The notes under the pieces: model-generated | Databases searched by the model: none | What the model saw: only the letters and a program-made list of their open reading frames with translations | Told to the model about the DNA's origin: nothing | Program-made: the position numbers and the translations under genes | In this document: piece by piece, positions 1 through 11,145 of the stretch | Numbering within the stretch: position 1 is the stretch's first letter | How the letters are laid out: the number at the start of each line of letters is the position of its first letter | NCBI GenBank assembly: GCA_020353515.1 | Contig: CP070695.1 | Span: forward strand, 505,173-569,172 | Origin: Candidatus Heimdallarchaeota archaeon | GTDB taxonomy: Archaea; Asgardarchaeota; Heimdallarchaeia; Hodarchaeales; Hodarchaeaceae | Length of the DNA stretch: 64,000 bases | Direction: 5' to 3'

Positions 1-1142
1 TTATCCAGGATTTAAAATCAGGTAATATAAGAGAAGCTTTATCAACAGATTATATCAAGTTCTCAAAGATTGTCGATCATTTACCTAATATTGATGCACA
101 GTCGACGGCTATAGTTTATTCAGATGTCTCTAGTGATGCACAGGATTGGCATCGATTATATCTTGCTCTTCTTAACTGTTCCAAACCAATTGTTACAGGT
201 ACTTTTCGAACAGAAAGTTTTGCGATAATGAGAAACCTTTTGGAATTGACTAGAACATCAAGTGATAAGTTAGCAGAAAAACCACTAGCGATCTTTGATG
301 CCTGTCCAAGTCCTCCACTTATGTGGTCAAACCTCACTACCCAAAGTGTAATTGATGCCTCAATAAGTGGAATCCCTTCTGAGTTTGTTAGCATGCCTCT
401 TGCTGGATCTACTGCTCCTATTACGTTGATCGGATGTGTTACCCAACATACTGCAGAATGTTTAGCAGGTCTTGTTATTGCTCAATTAGCAAAGCGAAAT
501 GCACCTGTCATTTGGGGTGGGTCTCCAGCTGTTTTTGACATGAAATATGGGACAACTCCAATGGGAGCTATTGACACAATGATGATTAATATTGCAGATG
601 TTGAAATGGGAAAGTTCCTCAATCTCCCCACTAATGCTTACATGTCATTATCTGATTCAAAAGTCCCTGACGCTCAAGCTGGTTTTGAGGGAGGTATGGG
701 TGCTTTATTAGCTGGATTAACTGGAGTAAATATGATAGCTGGACCAGGAATGCTTGATTATGAATCAACTCAGAGTTTTGAAAAATTAGTCATTGATAAT
801 GAAATTGTAGGGATGGTTAAACGGTTTGTTCAAGGAATTAGTGATTATGGTGAACCTTTCGCCCAATCTATCCTCAAAGATTATGATAGTAATGTTTCAC
901 TTCTATCTCACCCAACAACTCTGAAGCTCTTTCGAAAAGAGCTCTATCTTCCATTCATTGTTGAAGGGGTTCAAATAATAAATAGAGAAACCCGTGAATT
1001 GTGGAAATTAAGCGGTGAAATGTCCGCACGACAAAGAGCGAAAGAAATCGCCATTAAACTCAGTGAACGATCACCAAAACACTCTATTGATGATTCCCTC
1101 AAAAAAGAGTTAGAAAAAATCGCTGAGAAAAATCTAAATTGA
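1..1142 (+). CDS. mttB: Trimethylamine methyltransferase (MttB) superfamily protein, non-pyrrolysine type; 5' end lies outside the window
   Basis: Frame is open from position 3 (IQDLKSGNIREA...) into the ORF at 228. Motifs SPPL, AGSTAPITL, AECLAGLVIAQL, DMKYG, SDSKVPDAQAG and GMLD. Leu stands at the Pyl-equivalent position (YMS-L-SDSK) and there is no in-frame TAG. Confidence 0.9.
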   Translation, partial: IQDLKSGNIREALSTDYIKFSKIVDHLPNIDAQSTAIVYSDVSSDAQDWHRLYLALLNCSKPIVTGTFRTESFAIMRNLLELTRTSSDKLAEKPLAIFDACPSPPLMWSNLTTQSVIDASISGIPSEFVSMPLAGSTAPITLIGCVTQHTAECLAGLVIAQLAKRNAPVIWGGSPAVFDMKYGTTPMGAIDTMMINIADVEMGKFLNLPTNAYMSLSDSKVPDAQAGFEGGMGALLAGLTGVNMIAGPGMLDYESTQSFEKLVIDNEIVGMVKRFVQGISDYGEPFAQSILKDYDSNVSLLSHPTTLKLFRKELYLPFIVEGVQIINRETRELWKLSGEMSARQRAKEIAIKLSERSPKHSIDDSLKKELEKIAEKNLN

Positions 1143-1203
1143 AGCATAGCGCCTTAACATCTTAATATCTCTCTCGATTAGATGTATGTGAGTTGAAAAG
1201 AGC

Positions 1204-2286
1204 ATGAGTGAAGAAATCATTTACATAGATGTTAAAACTTTGTATAATTTCATGCGAGATGTTTTTATTGGTCTTAAAGTGCCAAAAAAAGATGCTAAAA
1301 TATGTGCTGATGTTCTCATTAGTTCAGATCTACGAGGAATAGAATCACATGGTGTGCAGAGACTAAAAATGTACTATGATCGAATCATTTCTGAGATTCA
1401 AAAACCAATTACGAAATTTGAAATTATCAAGGAGACAGAGACTACTGCTTTGATAGATGCGGGTCATGGTATGGGACACGTCGCCGGTCATCACGCGATG
1501 GAGTTAGCTATTAAAAAAGCTAAGAAATTTGGTACAGGTGCTGTTGCAGTCAGAAATTCGACTCACTATGGTATTGCAGGATATTACGCCTTGATGGCAA
1601 TTCAAGAAGGAATGATTGGCTTAACTTTGACTAACGCTCGGCCTTCTATTGCTCCCACGTTTGGTGTAGATCCAATGCTTGGTACTAATCCTTTAACCAT
1701 TGGATGTCCAACAGATGAAGACTTTCCTTTTCTAATTGATTGCGCTACTTCGATAACACAAAGAGGGAAAATTGAAGTATTGGCAAGAACAGAAACACCA
1801 ACTCCCTCTGGTTGGGTAATAGATACAAATGGAACACTATCAACAGATACAGTTGATATCTTAGACAAATTAATGAAAGGAACTGCAGCATTACTTCCCT
1901 TAGGTGGAGCGGGAGAAACCCTAGGAGGACATAAAGGTTATGGATATGGAACTGCTGTTGAAATTATATCAGCAGCATTAACAGGGGGGCCCTTCATGAA
2001 AGACTTAACACTTGAAAGAGGTTATAAATTAGGTCATTTCTTCCTAGCAATCAACATTGAAAGTTTTCTCCCACTAGAAACATTCAAGAAGATCGCAGGG
2101 AATATTGTGAGGGAGTTAAGAAACTCAAAGAAAGCACCAGGACAATCAAGAATTTATACCGCTGGTGAGAAAGAATACGAGATGGAGACCCAACGACGTA
2201 AAACTGGTATTCCAATCAACTCATCAATTCTAAAAGACCTTTTAGTAATGCGGGAAATGCTAGAATTGTCTGATTACTCATTTTAG
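1204..2286 (+). CDS. Ldh2/MDH2-family oxidoreductase (AllD/ComC/YbiC-like)
   Basis: DLRGIESHG, RNSTHYG, GTNPL and GGHKGYG motifs. Confidence 0.9.
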   Translation: MSEEIIYIDVKTLYNFMRDVFIGLKVPKKDAKICADVLISSDLRGIESHGVQRLKMYYDRIISEIQKPITKFEIIKETETTALIDAGHGMGHVAGHHAMELAIKKAKKFGTGAVAVRNSTHYGIAGYYALMAIQEGMIGLTLTNARPSIAPTFGVDPMLGTNPLTIGCPTDEDFPFLIDCATSITQRGKIEVLARTETPTPSGWVIDTNGTLSTDTVDILDKLMKGTAALLPLGGAGETLGGHKGYGYGTAVEIISAALTGGPFMKDLTLERGYKLGHFFLAINIESFLPLETFKKIAGNIVRELRNSKKAPGQSRIYTAGEKEYEMETQRRKTGIPINSSILKDLLVMREMLELSDYSF

Positions 2287-2307
2287 CGCTTTTAAAGCGC
2301 ATTTTCC

Positions 2308-3324
2308 TTATCCTTTCGAATTATTCCTTTCATTTGAGTATTGGGGAGCTGTTTCTGACAGTCTTCGTGCTCCTAAACAAACGCGACATGTTTTAAACTG
2401 TTTTCTAGCAAATGGAGTATGTCTACCGCAGACTTGACAATGACGATACTCTACGAAGGCTCTTTTCAGTTTTTTTTCCCAAAAATGCGAGACAATCATT
2501 TTCGTTGAACAAACTTGATAGGCTGAATCGATCTGGAGCTCGAAAGAACTTTGACCAAAAAGGATTTCATGAGATACTACAGGGCCAAAAGAAGAAACAT
2601 TAATACATTGCGTTTTTCCAATGAATTCTGAATACCCACCACAGTAATGAACATGCCCAAAGATTGAAAGAATTGGTTGATAAGTTTCAATTAGTTCTCG
2701 TAAATAATATGACCCTATGTGACGGCTCCCTAGACTAGAGAAGTCGAGTACACCCCTAGGTGCGCAATGTGTCATGAAGATTGTATTATGTCTTTCATCT
2801 GGACTGAGATCTTGAAGTAATTTTTCAAAATCTTTTTGAATAGCAGGTTCGTCCCAGCATTTCCCGCTATGATCATCTGTGGTTTTATTAGCATCCGCAT
2901 ATCCTAAAATCGGAATATTCTTGATATAACAGATGTTTTTATGACAATCATGGAAATTCTGGAACTCATCACAAAACCATTCACGTAATTCATCCGTGAT
3001 AGGAGTATCCTGATAGATGTTGTCTTTTTCGAAATCCATTACATCAGTATTTCCCCATACAAAGAATACAGGAACAGAACCATTATTCAGAGCTTTAAGT
3101 ACACCATCATTCTTGATATGACCTTTAATTTGAGTTGAATGATTTTTCTCTACTCCAAGATTCCACATATAGTCTTGAAGATCTCCAGCGATAAGAATAA
3201 CGTCTGGTTTTCGTTGAATGAGATTACGAATTAGCTTTTCTTGAGGTACAACTCTAATATTCCTTGGAAGAGAAACAGGATTGCCTTGATGAAGATCAGA
3301 AATAGCAATCAGCTTAATGGTCAA
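2308..3324 (-). CDS. Calcineurin-like metallophosphoesterase with C-terminal Zn ribbon
   Basis: SDLH, AGD, GNTD, THCAP and GHVH motifs; C-terminal CQVC...CRVC; GAGGT RBS before TTG. Confidence 0.85.
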   Translation of the reverse strand: MTIKLIAISDLHQGNPVSLPRNIRVVPQEKLIRNLIQRKPDVILIAGDLQDYMWNLGVEKNHSTQIKGHIKNDGVLKALNNGSVPVFFVWGNTDVMDFEKDNIYQDTPITDELREWFCDEFQNFHDCHKNICYIKNIPILGYADANKTTDDHSGKCWDEPAIQKDFEKLLQDLSPDERHNTIFMTHCAPRGVLDFSSLGSRHIGSYYLRELIETYQPILSIFGHVHYCGGYSEFIGKTQCINVSSFGPVVSHEILFGQSSFELQIDSAYQVCSTKMIVSHFWEKKLKRAFVEYRHCQVCGRHTPFARKQFKTCRVCLGARRLSETAPQYSNERNNSKG

Positions 3325-3755
3325 ATAGTGAACCTCGCGTTAATCTAGAATAACAGATCCATTATTTGGGTTAAAATTCTGTCGTTAATGTCTATTTCAT
3401 CCAATCTTCTTTATTATAGAAATATTTTTGCGTATTCTTTGATATAACAATAAAGATATATCATCACAAGGAATGAAAAATATTTTTTACTTTTAAATCT
3501 ATAAACAAACTTAATTTTACTAGTAGATCTACGAATACAACTCTGTAATACATTATTGCTACGTCAAAAGAACGTTACCATTTTCAGTTGATTGAAGGGG
3601 GATTTAGGAATAAGTTCAGTTTAAAAGAAAGATCCTTAAAAAATCATCAAAAAGTAATTAAAATATTAATTCATCATTAACGCATAACTCTGAAACTTAT
3701 ACAGAAGTTTATTGGGCATTAAATGGTATATATTTCCTAAAAGCGGTAGACTATA

Positions 3756-4649
3756 ATGAATATCTTTAATAAATCCCCAGGAGCTAGACTTAAAGAAGCC
3801 CTTGATCAAGAACGACCCTTACAAATCGTTGGAACTATCAATGCACTAATGGCTATGATGGCGAAACGTGCTGGATTTCGTACCATCTATCTTTCAGGCG
3901 CAGGAGTAGCAAATGCTTCTTATGGTTTACCTGATCTAGGTATAACGACGCTTGATAACGTTGCAGAGGATTCTCGGCGCATTACTGATGTTGTAGACCT
4001 ACCATTATTAGTTGACATTGACACGGGTTTTGGAGCAACAGCTTTTTCTATAAATCGGACAATCAAGACTTTGGAGAAAGTAGGAGTAGCAGGGGTTCAT
4101 ATAGAGGATCAAGAAGCTCAAAAACGATGTGGCCACCGACCAAGAAAAAAAATTGTTTCCACAGAAGAGATGTGTGACAGAATAAAGGCAGCTGCAGATG
4201 CTTGTAAGAATCCTGACTTTATGATCATGGCTCGGACAGATACTCTAGCTAATGAGGGACTTCAAGGTGCTATAGATCGAATACATCAATATATTGCAGC
4301 TGGCGCGAATGCTATATTTCCTGAAGCGTTCACATCACTTGAGGAATATAAAGCAATAACTAATGTAATTTCAGTACCAGTTCTCGCTAATATAACAGAG
4401 TTTGGGAAAACACCTCTGTTTTCTGTTGAAGAATTAAGCTCAGTAGGAGTTTCTATGGTTTTGTATCCCCTTACAGCATTTAGAGCAATGAATAAAGCAG
4501 CAGAGAAAGTCTATTCAACTCTCCGAAAGCAAGGAACACAAAAATCTTTACTTGATATAATGCAGACCAGAGCCGAACTATACGAATTATTGGATTATTA
4601 TAGATGGGAAAACATTCTTGACCAATTAGGAGAGAGAAATAATGTCTAA
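3756..4649 (+). CDS. prpB: 2-methylisocitrate lyase
   Basis: [26 protein letters not shown] and [10 protein letters not shown] motifs; first gene of the prp cluster. Confidence 0.95.
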   Translation: MNIFNKSPGARLKEALDQERPLQIVGTINALMAMMAKRAGFRTIYLSGAGVANASYGLPDLGITTLDNVAEDSRRITDVVDLPLLVDIDTGFGATAFSINRTIKTLEKVGVAGVHIEDQEAQKRCGHRPRKKIVSTEEMCDRIKAAADACKNPDFMIMARTDTLANEGLQGAIDRIHQYIAAGANAIFPEAFTSLEEYKAITNVISVPVLANITEFGKTPLFSVEELSSVGVSMVLYPLTAFRAMNKAAEKVYSTLRKQGTQKSLLDIMQTRAELYELLDYYRWENILDQLGERNNV

Positions 4650-5784
4650 AAGAAAGCTGAAGGTTAAATACAAAATTGATCCAGGATTAAGGGGTATAAA
4701 TGTGGGCACTACTGAAATTTGCCCTGTAGGAGAAGAAGAGATACATCTATCTTACCGTGGTTACTTGATTGAAGATTTAGCAATGGCTTGCACTTATGAA
4801 GAAGTTTCACACCTCCTAATTCATGGAGAACTTCCCAATAAATATCAATTATCAGAATGGTCATCACAACTTAGTGAAAATCGTTTTTTCCCCAAAAATC
4901 TGCAAAGAATACTAGATACTTTACCAAAGAACACACATCCAATGTCTGTATTACGTACAGCCATATCTACTCTAGGAACAATCGAACCAGAACAAGGCCT
5001 AGAGGGAAAAATGCAAGCTCTCCGAATACTAGGGATTTTACCTAGTATTATAGGTTATTGGGAAAAGAGAAGAGGTTCATATGATAAGGAGGTTCCTTTG
5101 GGTTCTTCAGAAGACACTATTGCTGGTTATCTCTTACATATGATTAATGGTGAGGCTCCATCAACTATTGATACACAAACTATGGACACTTCTTTAATCC
5201 TCTATGCTGAACATGAATATGCAGCATCTACATACGCTGCTCGCGTGTGTGCTTCAACACTTGCTGATTACTATTCATGTATTACAACAGCGATTGGAAC
5301 ACTTTCAGGTCCTCTTAATGGAGGAGCAAACGAAGCAGCGATAAAACTTCTGTTAAGTTTTGATAACAGTGATACAGCTGAAAGCAAGGTACGCCATATG
5401 CTCCGAGATAAAGAATTAGTAATGGGATTTGGCCATGCAGTATATGCTGATCATGATCCCCGTTCATTAATCGTTAAAGAACGAGCTCGTAAACTATCTA
5501 ATGAGAAAAAAGAATTTTCAGAACTTTTTAAAATTGCAGAAGCAGTGGAAAGAGTTATGCGAGAACATAACCTCTTTCCTAATTTGGACTTTTATACTGC
5601 AACAGTTTATCACATATTAGGTATTAACTCTCATTTATTTACACCGATATTCGTTGTTAGTAGATCAAGTGGATGGGCTGCTCATGTTCTTGAACAACGT
5701 CAAAATAATAAGCTTATTCGCCCTACAGCGGAATATATCGGCCCTAAAGAACGTGTTCTTCCTTCACTTTCTGAAAGGAAATAA
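4642..5784 (+). CDS. prpC: 2-methylcitrate synthase / citrate synthase family (catalytic His replaced by Asn)
   Basis: YRGY, HPM, AEHE, GFGHAVY, DPR, FPNLDF and IRP motifs; lies between prpB and prpD; GPLNGGA instead of GPLHGGA. Confidence 0.88.
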   Translation: MSKRKLKVKYKIDPGLRGINVGTTEICPVGEEEIHLSYRGYLIEDLAMACTYEEVSHLLIHGELPNKYQLSEWSSQLSENRFFPKNLQRILDTLPKNTHPMSVLRTAISTLGTIEPEQGLEGKMQALRILGILPSIIGYWEKRRGSYDKEVPLGSSEDTIAGYLLHMINGEAPSTIDTQTMDTSLILYAEHEYAASTYAARVCASTLADYYSCITTAIGTLSGPLNGGANEAAIKLLLSFDNSDTAESKVRHMLRDKELVMGFGHAVYADHDPRSLIVKERARKLSNEKKEFSELFKIAEAVERVMREHNLFPNLDFYTATVYHILGINSHLFTPIFVVSRSSGWAAHVLEQRQNNKLIRPTAEYIGPKERVLPSLSERK

Positions 5785-5837
5785 TTTTCTTGATTTTAAA
5801 CTGATTTCAATCCCAATAGAAAAAGGAGAGTCAAAAG

Positions 5838-7259
5838 ATGTCAGATCTAATAGACAAAGAAATGGTAGATATTGCTGATTATGTATTAAATTATACTCCT
5901 GATTCTGATGAAGCATATAACACAGCACGCTTATGTTTAATGGATAGTATTGGTGGTGCAGTTTTAGCATTACGATTTCCAGAATGTACTAAAATGCTGG
6001 GACCAGTGATACCTGGTACAGTTGTACCCCACGGTTCTCGTGTTCCTGGTACAACCTATGAGCTAGATCCAATCACTGCTGCTTTTAATATTGGAGTTTT
6101 GATCCGTTGGTTAGATTATAATGATACGTGGTTAGCTGCAGAATGGGGGCATCCTAGTGATAATTTGGGTGCGATTTTAAGTCTAGCTGACTACTTATCC
6201 CGAAAGAACATTGTTAACGGATTAGAACCCCTTACTATGCGAGATGTATTTTCTTGGATGATCAAGGCTTATGAGATTCAAGGTGTGATGGCTTTGGAGA
6301 ATAGCTTCAATCAGCGTGGGATCGACCATGTCATTCTGGTTAAATTGGCTAGTGCAGCTATTGCAGCTGGAATACTTGGCTGTAATAAGAAGCAAATAAT
6401 CAATACAATATCCCAGGTTTGGTGTGATGTCGGGCCATTAAGGACATATCGTCATGCCCCAAATACTGGCAGTAGAAAAAGTTGGGCTGCAGGAGATGCC
6501 ACGAGTCGAGGTGTTTTTCTTGCGATACAGTCCCTACGAGGCGAAATGGGATATAATACTTGCCTCAGTGCGTCAAAATGGGGCTTTTACGATCGTATAT
6601 GGGGCGGAGAACGGTTTAAATTCCAACTTCCTTATGGAAGTTATGTCATTGAGAATGTTCTTTTTAAAGTTGGTTATCCTGCGGAATTCCACGGTCAATC
6701 AGCTGTAGAAGCAGCAATTCAACTTCATCCAGAAATTATTGATCGTCTAGAAGAAATCGAAAGAATAGAAATTATAACACACGAAGCTGCAATACGTATT
6801 ATAGATAAAAAGGGTCCTTTACACAATCCGGCGGATCGAGACCATTGCCTTCAATATATGGTCGCTATTGGTTTAATCTCTGGTAATGTTGTCTATGAGG
6901 ATTATGAAGAAGAACGTGCTTCAAATCCGCGCATTGATGAGTTAAGAGAGAAAATGGATGTTAAAGAGAACCCTCAGTATACAAAGGATTATCACGATCC
7001 TGAGAAACGCTCTATAACCAATTCAGTTCAGGTTTTCTTCAAAGATGGAACTAAAACTGAAAAAGTCATGATTGAATACCCATTGGGCCACAGACGAAGA
7101 AGAGCAGAAGCAATCCCTCTGTTAGAGGATAAATTTCTTAATAACATCTCAGCTAGATATCCTGAAAAAAAAGTAGAAGATCTTGAGGCATTATTTAAAG
7201 ATCAACAAAGACTAGAACAGATACCAGTTCATCTTTTCATGGAGTTTCTTCAAGCTTGA
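5838..7259 (+). CDS. prpD: 2-methylcitrate dehydratase (MmgE/PrpD)
   Basis: RWLDYNDTWLAAEWGHPSDN, RHAPNTGSRKSWAAG, PAEFH and ADRDHCLQY motifs. Confidence 0.95.
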   Translation: MSDLIDKEMVDIADYVLNYTPDSDEAYNTARLCLMDSIGGAVLALRFPECTKMLGPVIPGTVVPHGSRVPGTTYELDPITAAFNIGVLIRWLDYNDTWLAAEWGHPSDNLGAILSLADYLSRKNIVNGLEPLTMRDVFSWMIKAYEIQGVMALENSFNQRGIDHVILVKLASAAIAAGILGCNKKQIINTISQVWCDVGPLRTYRHAPNTGSRKSWAAGDATSRGVFLAIQSLRGEMGYNTCLSASKWGFYDRIWGGERFKFQLPYGSYVIENVLFKVGYPAEFHGQSAVEAAIQLHPEIIDRLEEIERIEIITHEAAIRIIDKKGPLHNPADRDHCLQYMVAIGLISGNVVYEDYEEERASNPRIDELREKMDVKENPQYTKDYHDPEKRSITNSVQVFFKDGTKTEKVMIEYPLGHRRRRAEAIPLLEDKFLNNISARYPEKKVEDLEALFKDQQRLEQIPVHLFMEFLQA

Positions 7260-7446
7260 GATCATAAATTATCTTCAATGTCATTTTCTTCTTAGTATCT
7301 AAAAGAAAAATCAGTGTAGTAATTAAATTACAGCTATTTTTCAATATTTAAACCATTTATTTTATAAAATACCTTATAAGGGAAGGAAAAGCATTTCCAT
7401 TAACAACCTATTTATTCTCAGGACTTAATTAGGAAGTCTAATAAAG

Positions 7447-9354
7447 ATGAATTATCATTCATACAAAGAAGCTCATGAGTTATCAATAAAGAATCCCGAA
7501 GAATTTTGGGCTAAGGAAGCAGAGAAATTACATTGGTATACTAAGTGGGAAAAAGTTATTGATGATTTAAATTACCCATTTTTTAGATGGTTTGTTGGAG
7601 GAAAAACCAATATTTGTTATAATGCATTAGATAGACACGCATTAGGATCTAAAAGAGGAACAGCTGCTCTAATTTGGGAATCCCCAGAAACTGATCAATC
7701 TCGTGTCTATACTTATTATCATCTATTTAAAGTAGTAAATAACTTTACTGGTGTTCTGAAAAATCTAGGAGTTGAGAAGGGAGATCGTATTATCATCTAC
7801 ATGCCCATGATTCCTGAAGCAATAATTGCAATGTTGGCTTGTGTACGAATTGGAGCTATTCATTCTGTAGTGTTTGCTGGATTTAGTCGAGAATCTCTTG
7901 CAGGTAGAATTGATGATGCTAAGCCAAAGCTATTACTAACCTGTGATGCAGGAAGTCGAAATGGAAAAGTCGTAAAATTAAAAGAAATTGTTGACGATGC
8001 AATAGAAATTTCGGAATTTGAATTGAAGAATGTAATTATCTACGACCGAGGACTAGATCCTGAATGTCCGAGACAAGAAGGACGGGATCTTGATTGGTAC
8101 GAACTCTTAGAAACTAAAAGTATGAACTATGTAGAACCAGAGAAATTAGATTCCACAGATCCAAGTTATATTCTCTATACTTCAGGAACAACAGGGAGGC
8201 CTAAAGGCGTTGTACGGGATACTGGAGGCTATATGGTCTCATTGTACGCATCAATGAAGCAAATTTATAATTGTGAACCCGATAGAGATGTTTATTTCTC
8301 TACTAGTGATATCGGATGGGTCGTGGGACATTCGTACATTGTATACGCACCTCTTCTCCTAGGAATTCCTACGATCTTATTTGAAGGAACACCAGTATAT
8401 CCCAATCCTGATTCATGGTGGAAGGTAATAGAAAAATATGGGGTCACCTGTGTCTTTTCTGCTCCAACTGCTTTACGAATTCTGAAGAAATTCCCACTAA
8501 AATGGATTAAAGATCACGATTTATCCTCTTTACGGTATTTTTTCCTAGCTGGTGAGCCCTTAGATGAGCCTACTTATTACTGGGCTAAAGAAAATCTTGG
8601 TACGAAAATTGTGGATCATTACTGGCAAACGGAATCGGGGTGGAGTATTTTAACTAGTCGATGTATTGAAGATCTCTCAATAAAACCTGGGGCTGCTGGA
8701 GTGGCAGCAATAGGTTATGACCTATTAGTGGTTGATGAGAAAGGCAATGAAATGCCCCATGGGGAGAAAGGAACCCTTGTTTCACGACCACCCTTACCAC
8801 CAGGGACTTTAATGACTATCTATGGTGATGATGAACGATATAAAAAGACCTACTGGGAGATCTTCCCTGATAAGCAATATTATTATACAGGTGATTATGC
8901 AATTCAAGATGAAGATGGTTATTTCAAAGTATTAGGTCGTGCAGATGAAGTAATTAAGATTGCAGGGCATAGATTAGGCACTCGTGAAATCGAAGAAGCA
9001 GTTTCATCACATGATGCGATAGCAGAAACTTCCTGCATTGGTGTTGAAGATAAGCTAAAGGGTACAGTTGTTATTGCATTTGTTGTTTTAAAAGAAGGTA
9101 TTAAACCGTCAGAAGAACTGAAAAACGAAATAATTCAAATTGTAAGGAGAGATGTTGGCCCAATTGCTGCACCAAAAGGAGTAGAAATTGTTAAGATGTT
9201 ACCCAAAACTCGCAGTGGAAAAATTATGCGTAGAATCATGAAAGGAGTCTATGAAGGGAAGAAATTAGGAGATTTAAGCACAATTGAAGATGATGCAAGC
9301 ATCATCGAGGTAGCTGCAGCCATTGAATTAATGAAAGAAATCAGGAAAAAATAA
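7447..9354 (+). CDS. prpE: Propionate--CoA ligase / acetyl-CoA synthetase family
   Basis: YTSGTTGRPKG, SDIGWVVGHSYIVYAPL, DHYWQTE and PKTRSGK motifs; directly downstream of prpD. Confidence 0.88.
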   Translation: MNYHSYKEAHELSIKNPEEFWAKEAEKLHWYTKWEKVIDDLNYPFFRWFVGGKTNICYNALDRHALGSKRGTAALIWESPETDQSRVYTYYHLFKVVNNFTGVLKNLGVEKGDRIIIYMPMIPEAIIAMLACVRIGAIHSVVFAGFSRESLAGRIDDAKPKLLLTCDAGSRNGKVVKLKEIVDDAIEISEFELKNVIIYDRGLDPECPRQEGRDLDWYELLETKSMNYVEPEKLDSTDPSYILYTSGTTGRPKGVVRDTGGYMVSLYASMKQIYNCEPDRDVYFSTSDIGWVVGHSYIVYAPLLLGIPTILFEGTPVYPNPDSWWKVIEKYGVTCVFSAPTALRILKKFPLKWIKDHDLSSLRYFFLAGEPLDEPTYYWAKENLGTKIVDHYWQTESGWSILTSRCIEDLSIKPGAAGVAAIGYDLLVVDEKGNEMPHGEKGTLVSRPPLPPGTLMTIYGDDERYKKTYWEIFPDKQYYYTGDYAIQDEDGYFKVLGRADEVIKIAGHRLGTREIEEAVSSHDAIAETSCIGVEDKLKGTVVIAFVVLKEGIKPSEELKNEIIQIVRRDVGPIAAPKGVEIVKMLPKTRSGKIMRRIMKGVYEGKKLGDLSTIEDDASIIEVAAAIELMKEIRKK

Positions 9355-9405
9355 GATTAATAGGTTGATTAATCTTTAGAATACAACATTTGAGGGAAAT
9401 TAAAC

Positions 9406-10821
9406 GTGAGTAAGATTAACGAACGATCTCTAACACGAAGAGAAATTTTTCTCTATTCTACGAGTAATTTTGGGATTTCAATCATCAATGCCTCAATCTT
9501 AGGCTTTGTTTTATATTTTTACTTGACAGAGGGAATGACTGGACTTACTCTCGAACCTTTAATAATTGGGGCTTTAGTGGGAACTGCTCTCATGGTTGGT
9601 AGGATTGTAGATGCTTTTGTCAACCCCGTAGTTGGTTGGTTATCTGATAATACACGATGGAAAACATGGGGACGTAGGCGTCCTTTTGTCATTATTGGAA
9701 TTATTCCAATGACTGTAAGTTTTATTCTTTTATTCAATCCCCCCATCTTCGCGTTAACTCTTTTTCCAGGCGGTTTGGGGGAATTGATTCTTATTCTCTT
9801 CCTTTTCCTTATAATATCCATCTTTGATGCTTTATTCACATTTGTATTTGTTCCTATTTATGCTCTTTTACCTGAAATTGCTCCGACATCAGAAGAACGT
9901 ATCACCCTAGCCGTTTGGGGAAACATTTTTGCGATTCTCGCAAATATTATAGGTATTGTAATTGCACCTATTATGTACGATGAATTCGGATTCTCATTGA
10001 CGAGTATCATGTTAGGGATCATTGTTCTTGTTACTATCATTGCTGTTCTCCCTATCAAGGAATTACCAGTTGTTGATATGCAAAAACAACCACGAGTATC
10101 TCTTATTGAATCTTTAAGAACTAGCCTTCAAAACAAATCTTATCAGATATTTTTAGTAAATCAGATCGGTATGCAATTTTCGTTCCGAATATTAAATGCA
10201 GTAATGCCTTTCTTCGCGGTTAGTGTGCTTCTTCTTGAGCTCGATGAGCTTATGATCGTAACTGCACCTTGGGTTGTCGTAGCTATAATCAGTTTCCCAA
10301 TTTGGGGATTATTAGCAAAACCTCGATTTCTTGGGAAAAAAAAAGCCTATATTCTTTCAATGATGATATTTACATTCCCTCTTCTCCTTAATTTCTTATT
10401 TCTTGTCTCACCAGGTAACTTGATCATCGCTCTGGTAATGATCTGCCTCATAGGATTCGGGATGGGGGGATTATGGATTTTTCCACCAACTATTGTGGGT
10501 GATATCGTTGATGATGAAGAAAGACGATTGGGTCTGAGAAGAGAATCAATGTACTATGCCTTTCAAGAGTTCACTGAGAAGTTGGCTATCGCTGTGGCCG
10601 TTCTTCTGGAGGGTATAATACTAGGTTTATTTGTTATGGATAAAATTCTACATCCTGATTACCCTGCAGAATTAGGGGTTTATTACTATATCTACAACCC
10701 TTTGGGACCGATTTTACTTATGGGAATTGTAGCTTTCTTCCCAATGTTGCTTGCTTTACTAATTTTCTTTCAGTTCCCTGATGATTTGATCATTGAAGAT
10801 AAAATAACAGTGGAACCCTAA
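9406..10821 (+). CDS. MFS transporter, GPH (glycoside-pentoside-hexuronide) family
   Basis: About 12 TM segments; DAFVNPVVGWLSD, WGRRRPF and DIVDDEE...RRESMYY motifs. Confidence 0.88.
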   Translation: MSKINERSLTRREIFLYSTSNFGISIINASILGFVLYFYLTEGMTGLTLEPLIIGALVGTALMVGRIVDAFVNPVVGWLSDNTRWKTWGRRRPFVIIGIIPMTVSFILLFNPPIFALTLFPGGLGELILILFLFLIISIFDALFTFVFVPIYALLPEIAPTSEERITLAVWGNIFAILANIIGIVIAPIMYDEFGFSLTSIMLGIIVLVTIIAVLPIKELPVVDMQKQPRVSLIESLRTSLQNKSYQIFLVNQIGMQFSFRILNAVMPFFAVSVLLLELDELMIVTAPWVVVAIISFPIWGLLAKPRFLGKKKAYILSMMIFTFPLLLNFLFLVSPGNLIIALVMICLIGFGMGGLWIFPPTIVGDIVDDEERRLGLRRESMYYAFQEFTEKLAIAVAVLLEGIILGLFVMDKILHPDYPAELGVYYYIYNPLGPILLMGIVAFFPMLLALLIFFQFPDDLIIEDKITVEP

Positions 10822-11006
10822 ATTTTAGAAGTACTCACTCATCGTTTCTTCTCCGCAACAATATCAGCACTAGTAGAATTATTACTATAATAAGCTCTTT
10901 TTCATTAGTCAATCATCCTTCTCATAAAATTCAGGATAGCTTTTGATCTCTACTCATTTATCATTGGTGGTTTAACAATATTTCTTTCTCTCAATTATTA
11001 CAAATA

Positions 11007-11014
11007 CTTATAAG
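11007..11014 (+). promoter_or_regulatory. Putative archaeal TATA box of the small Zn-finger gene
   Basis: CTTATAAG preceded by A-rich CAAATA, about 25 nt upstream of the structured leader. Confidence 0.55.
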
Positions 11015-11032
11015 CAGAAAGCCAGTGTATTA

Positions 11033-11136
11033 TTCTGTGATGACTAGTTAATGTAGTCTCAATTTGATATGTGCTTCCTAACATATATCAAAACAGCTCA
11101 ACTAGCTGTTCTTTCTTAATAGTCATCATACAGGAG
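11033..11136 (+). ncRNA. Putative structured cis-regulatory 5' leader (three-way junction)
   Basis: P1 11036-11046/11120-11130 (11 bp, one GU); P2 11063-11073/11082-11092 (11 bp); P3 11093-11098/11104-11109. The structure abuts the AGGAG RBS at 11132-11136. Confidence 0.55.
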
Positions 11137-11145
11137 TTTATGATC

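Noticed and set aside
11038-11136. C/D-box sRNA (TGATGA box C at 11038-11043)
   Set aside because: No box D (CTGA) at a suitable distance, and the box C sequence is fully paired in stem P1; better explained as an mRNA leader.
11071-11145. N-terminal 25 aa of the track ORF 11071..11412
   Set aside because: Overlaps the structured leader; the RBS position supports ATG 11146.
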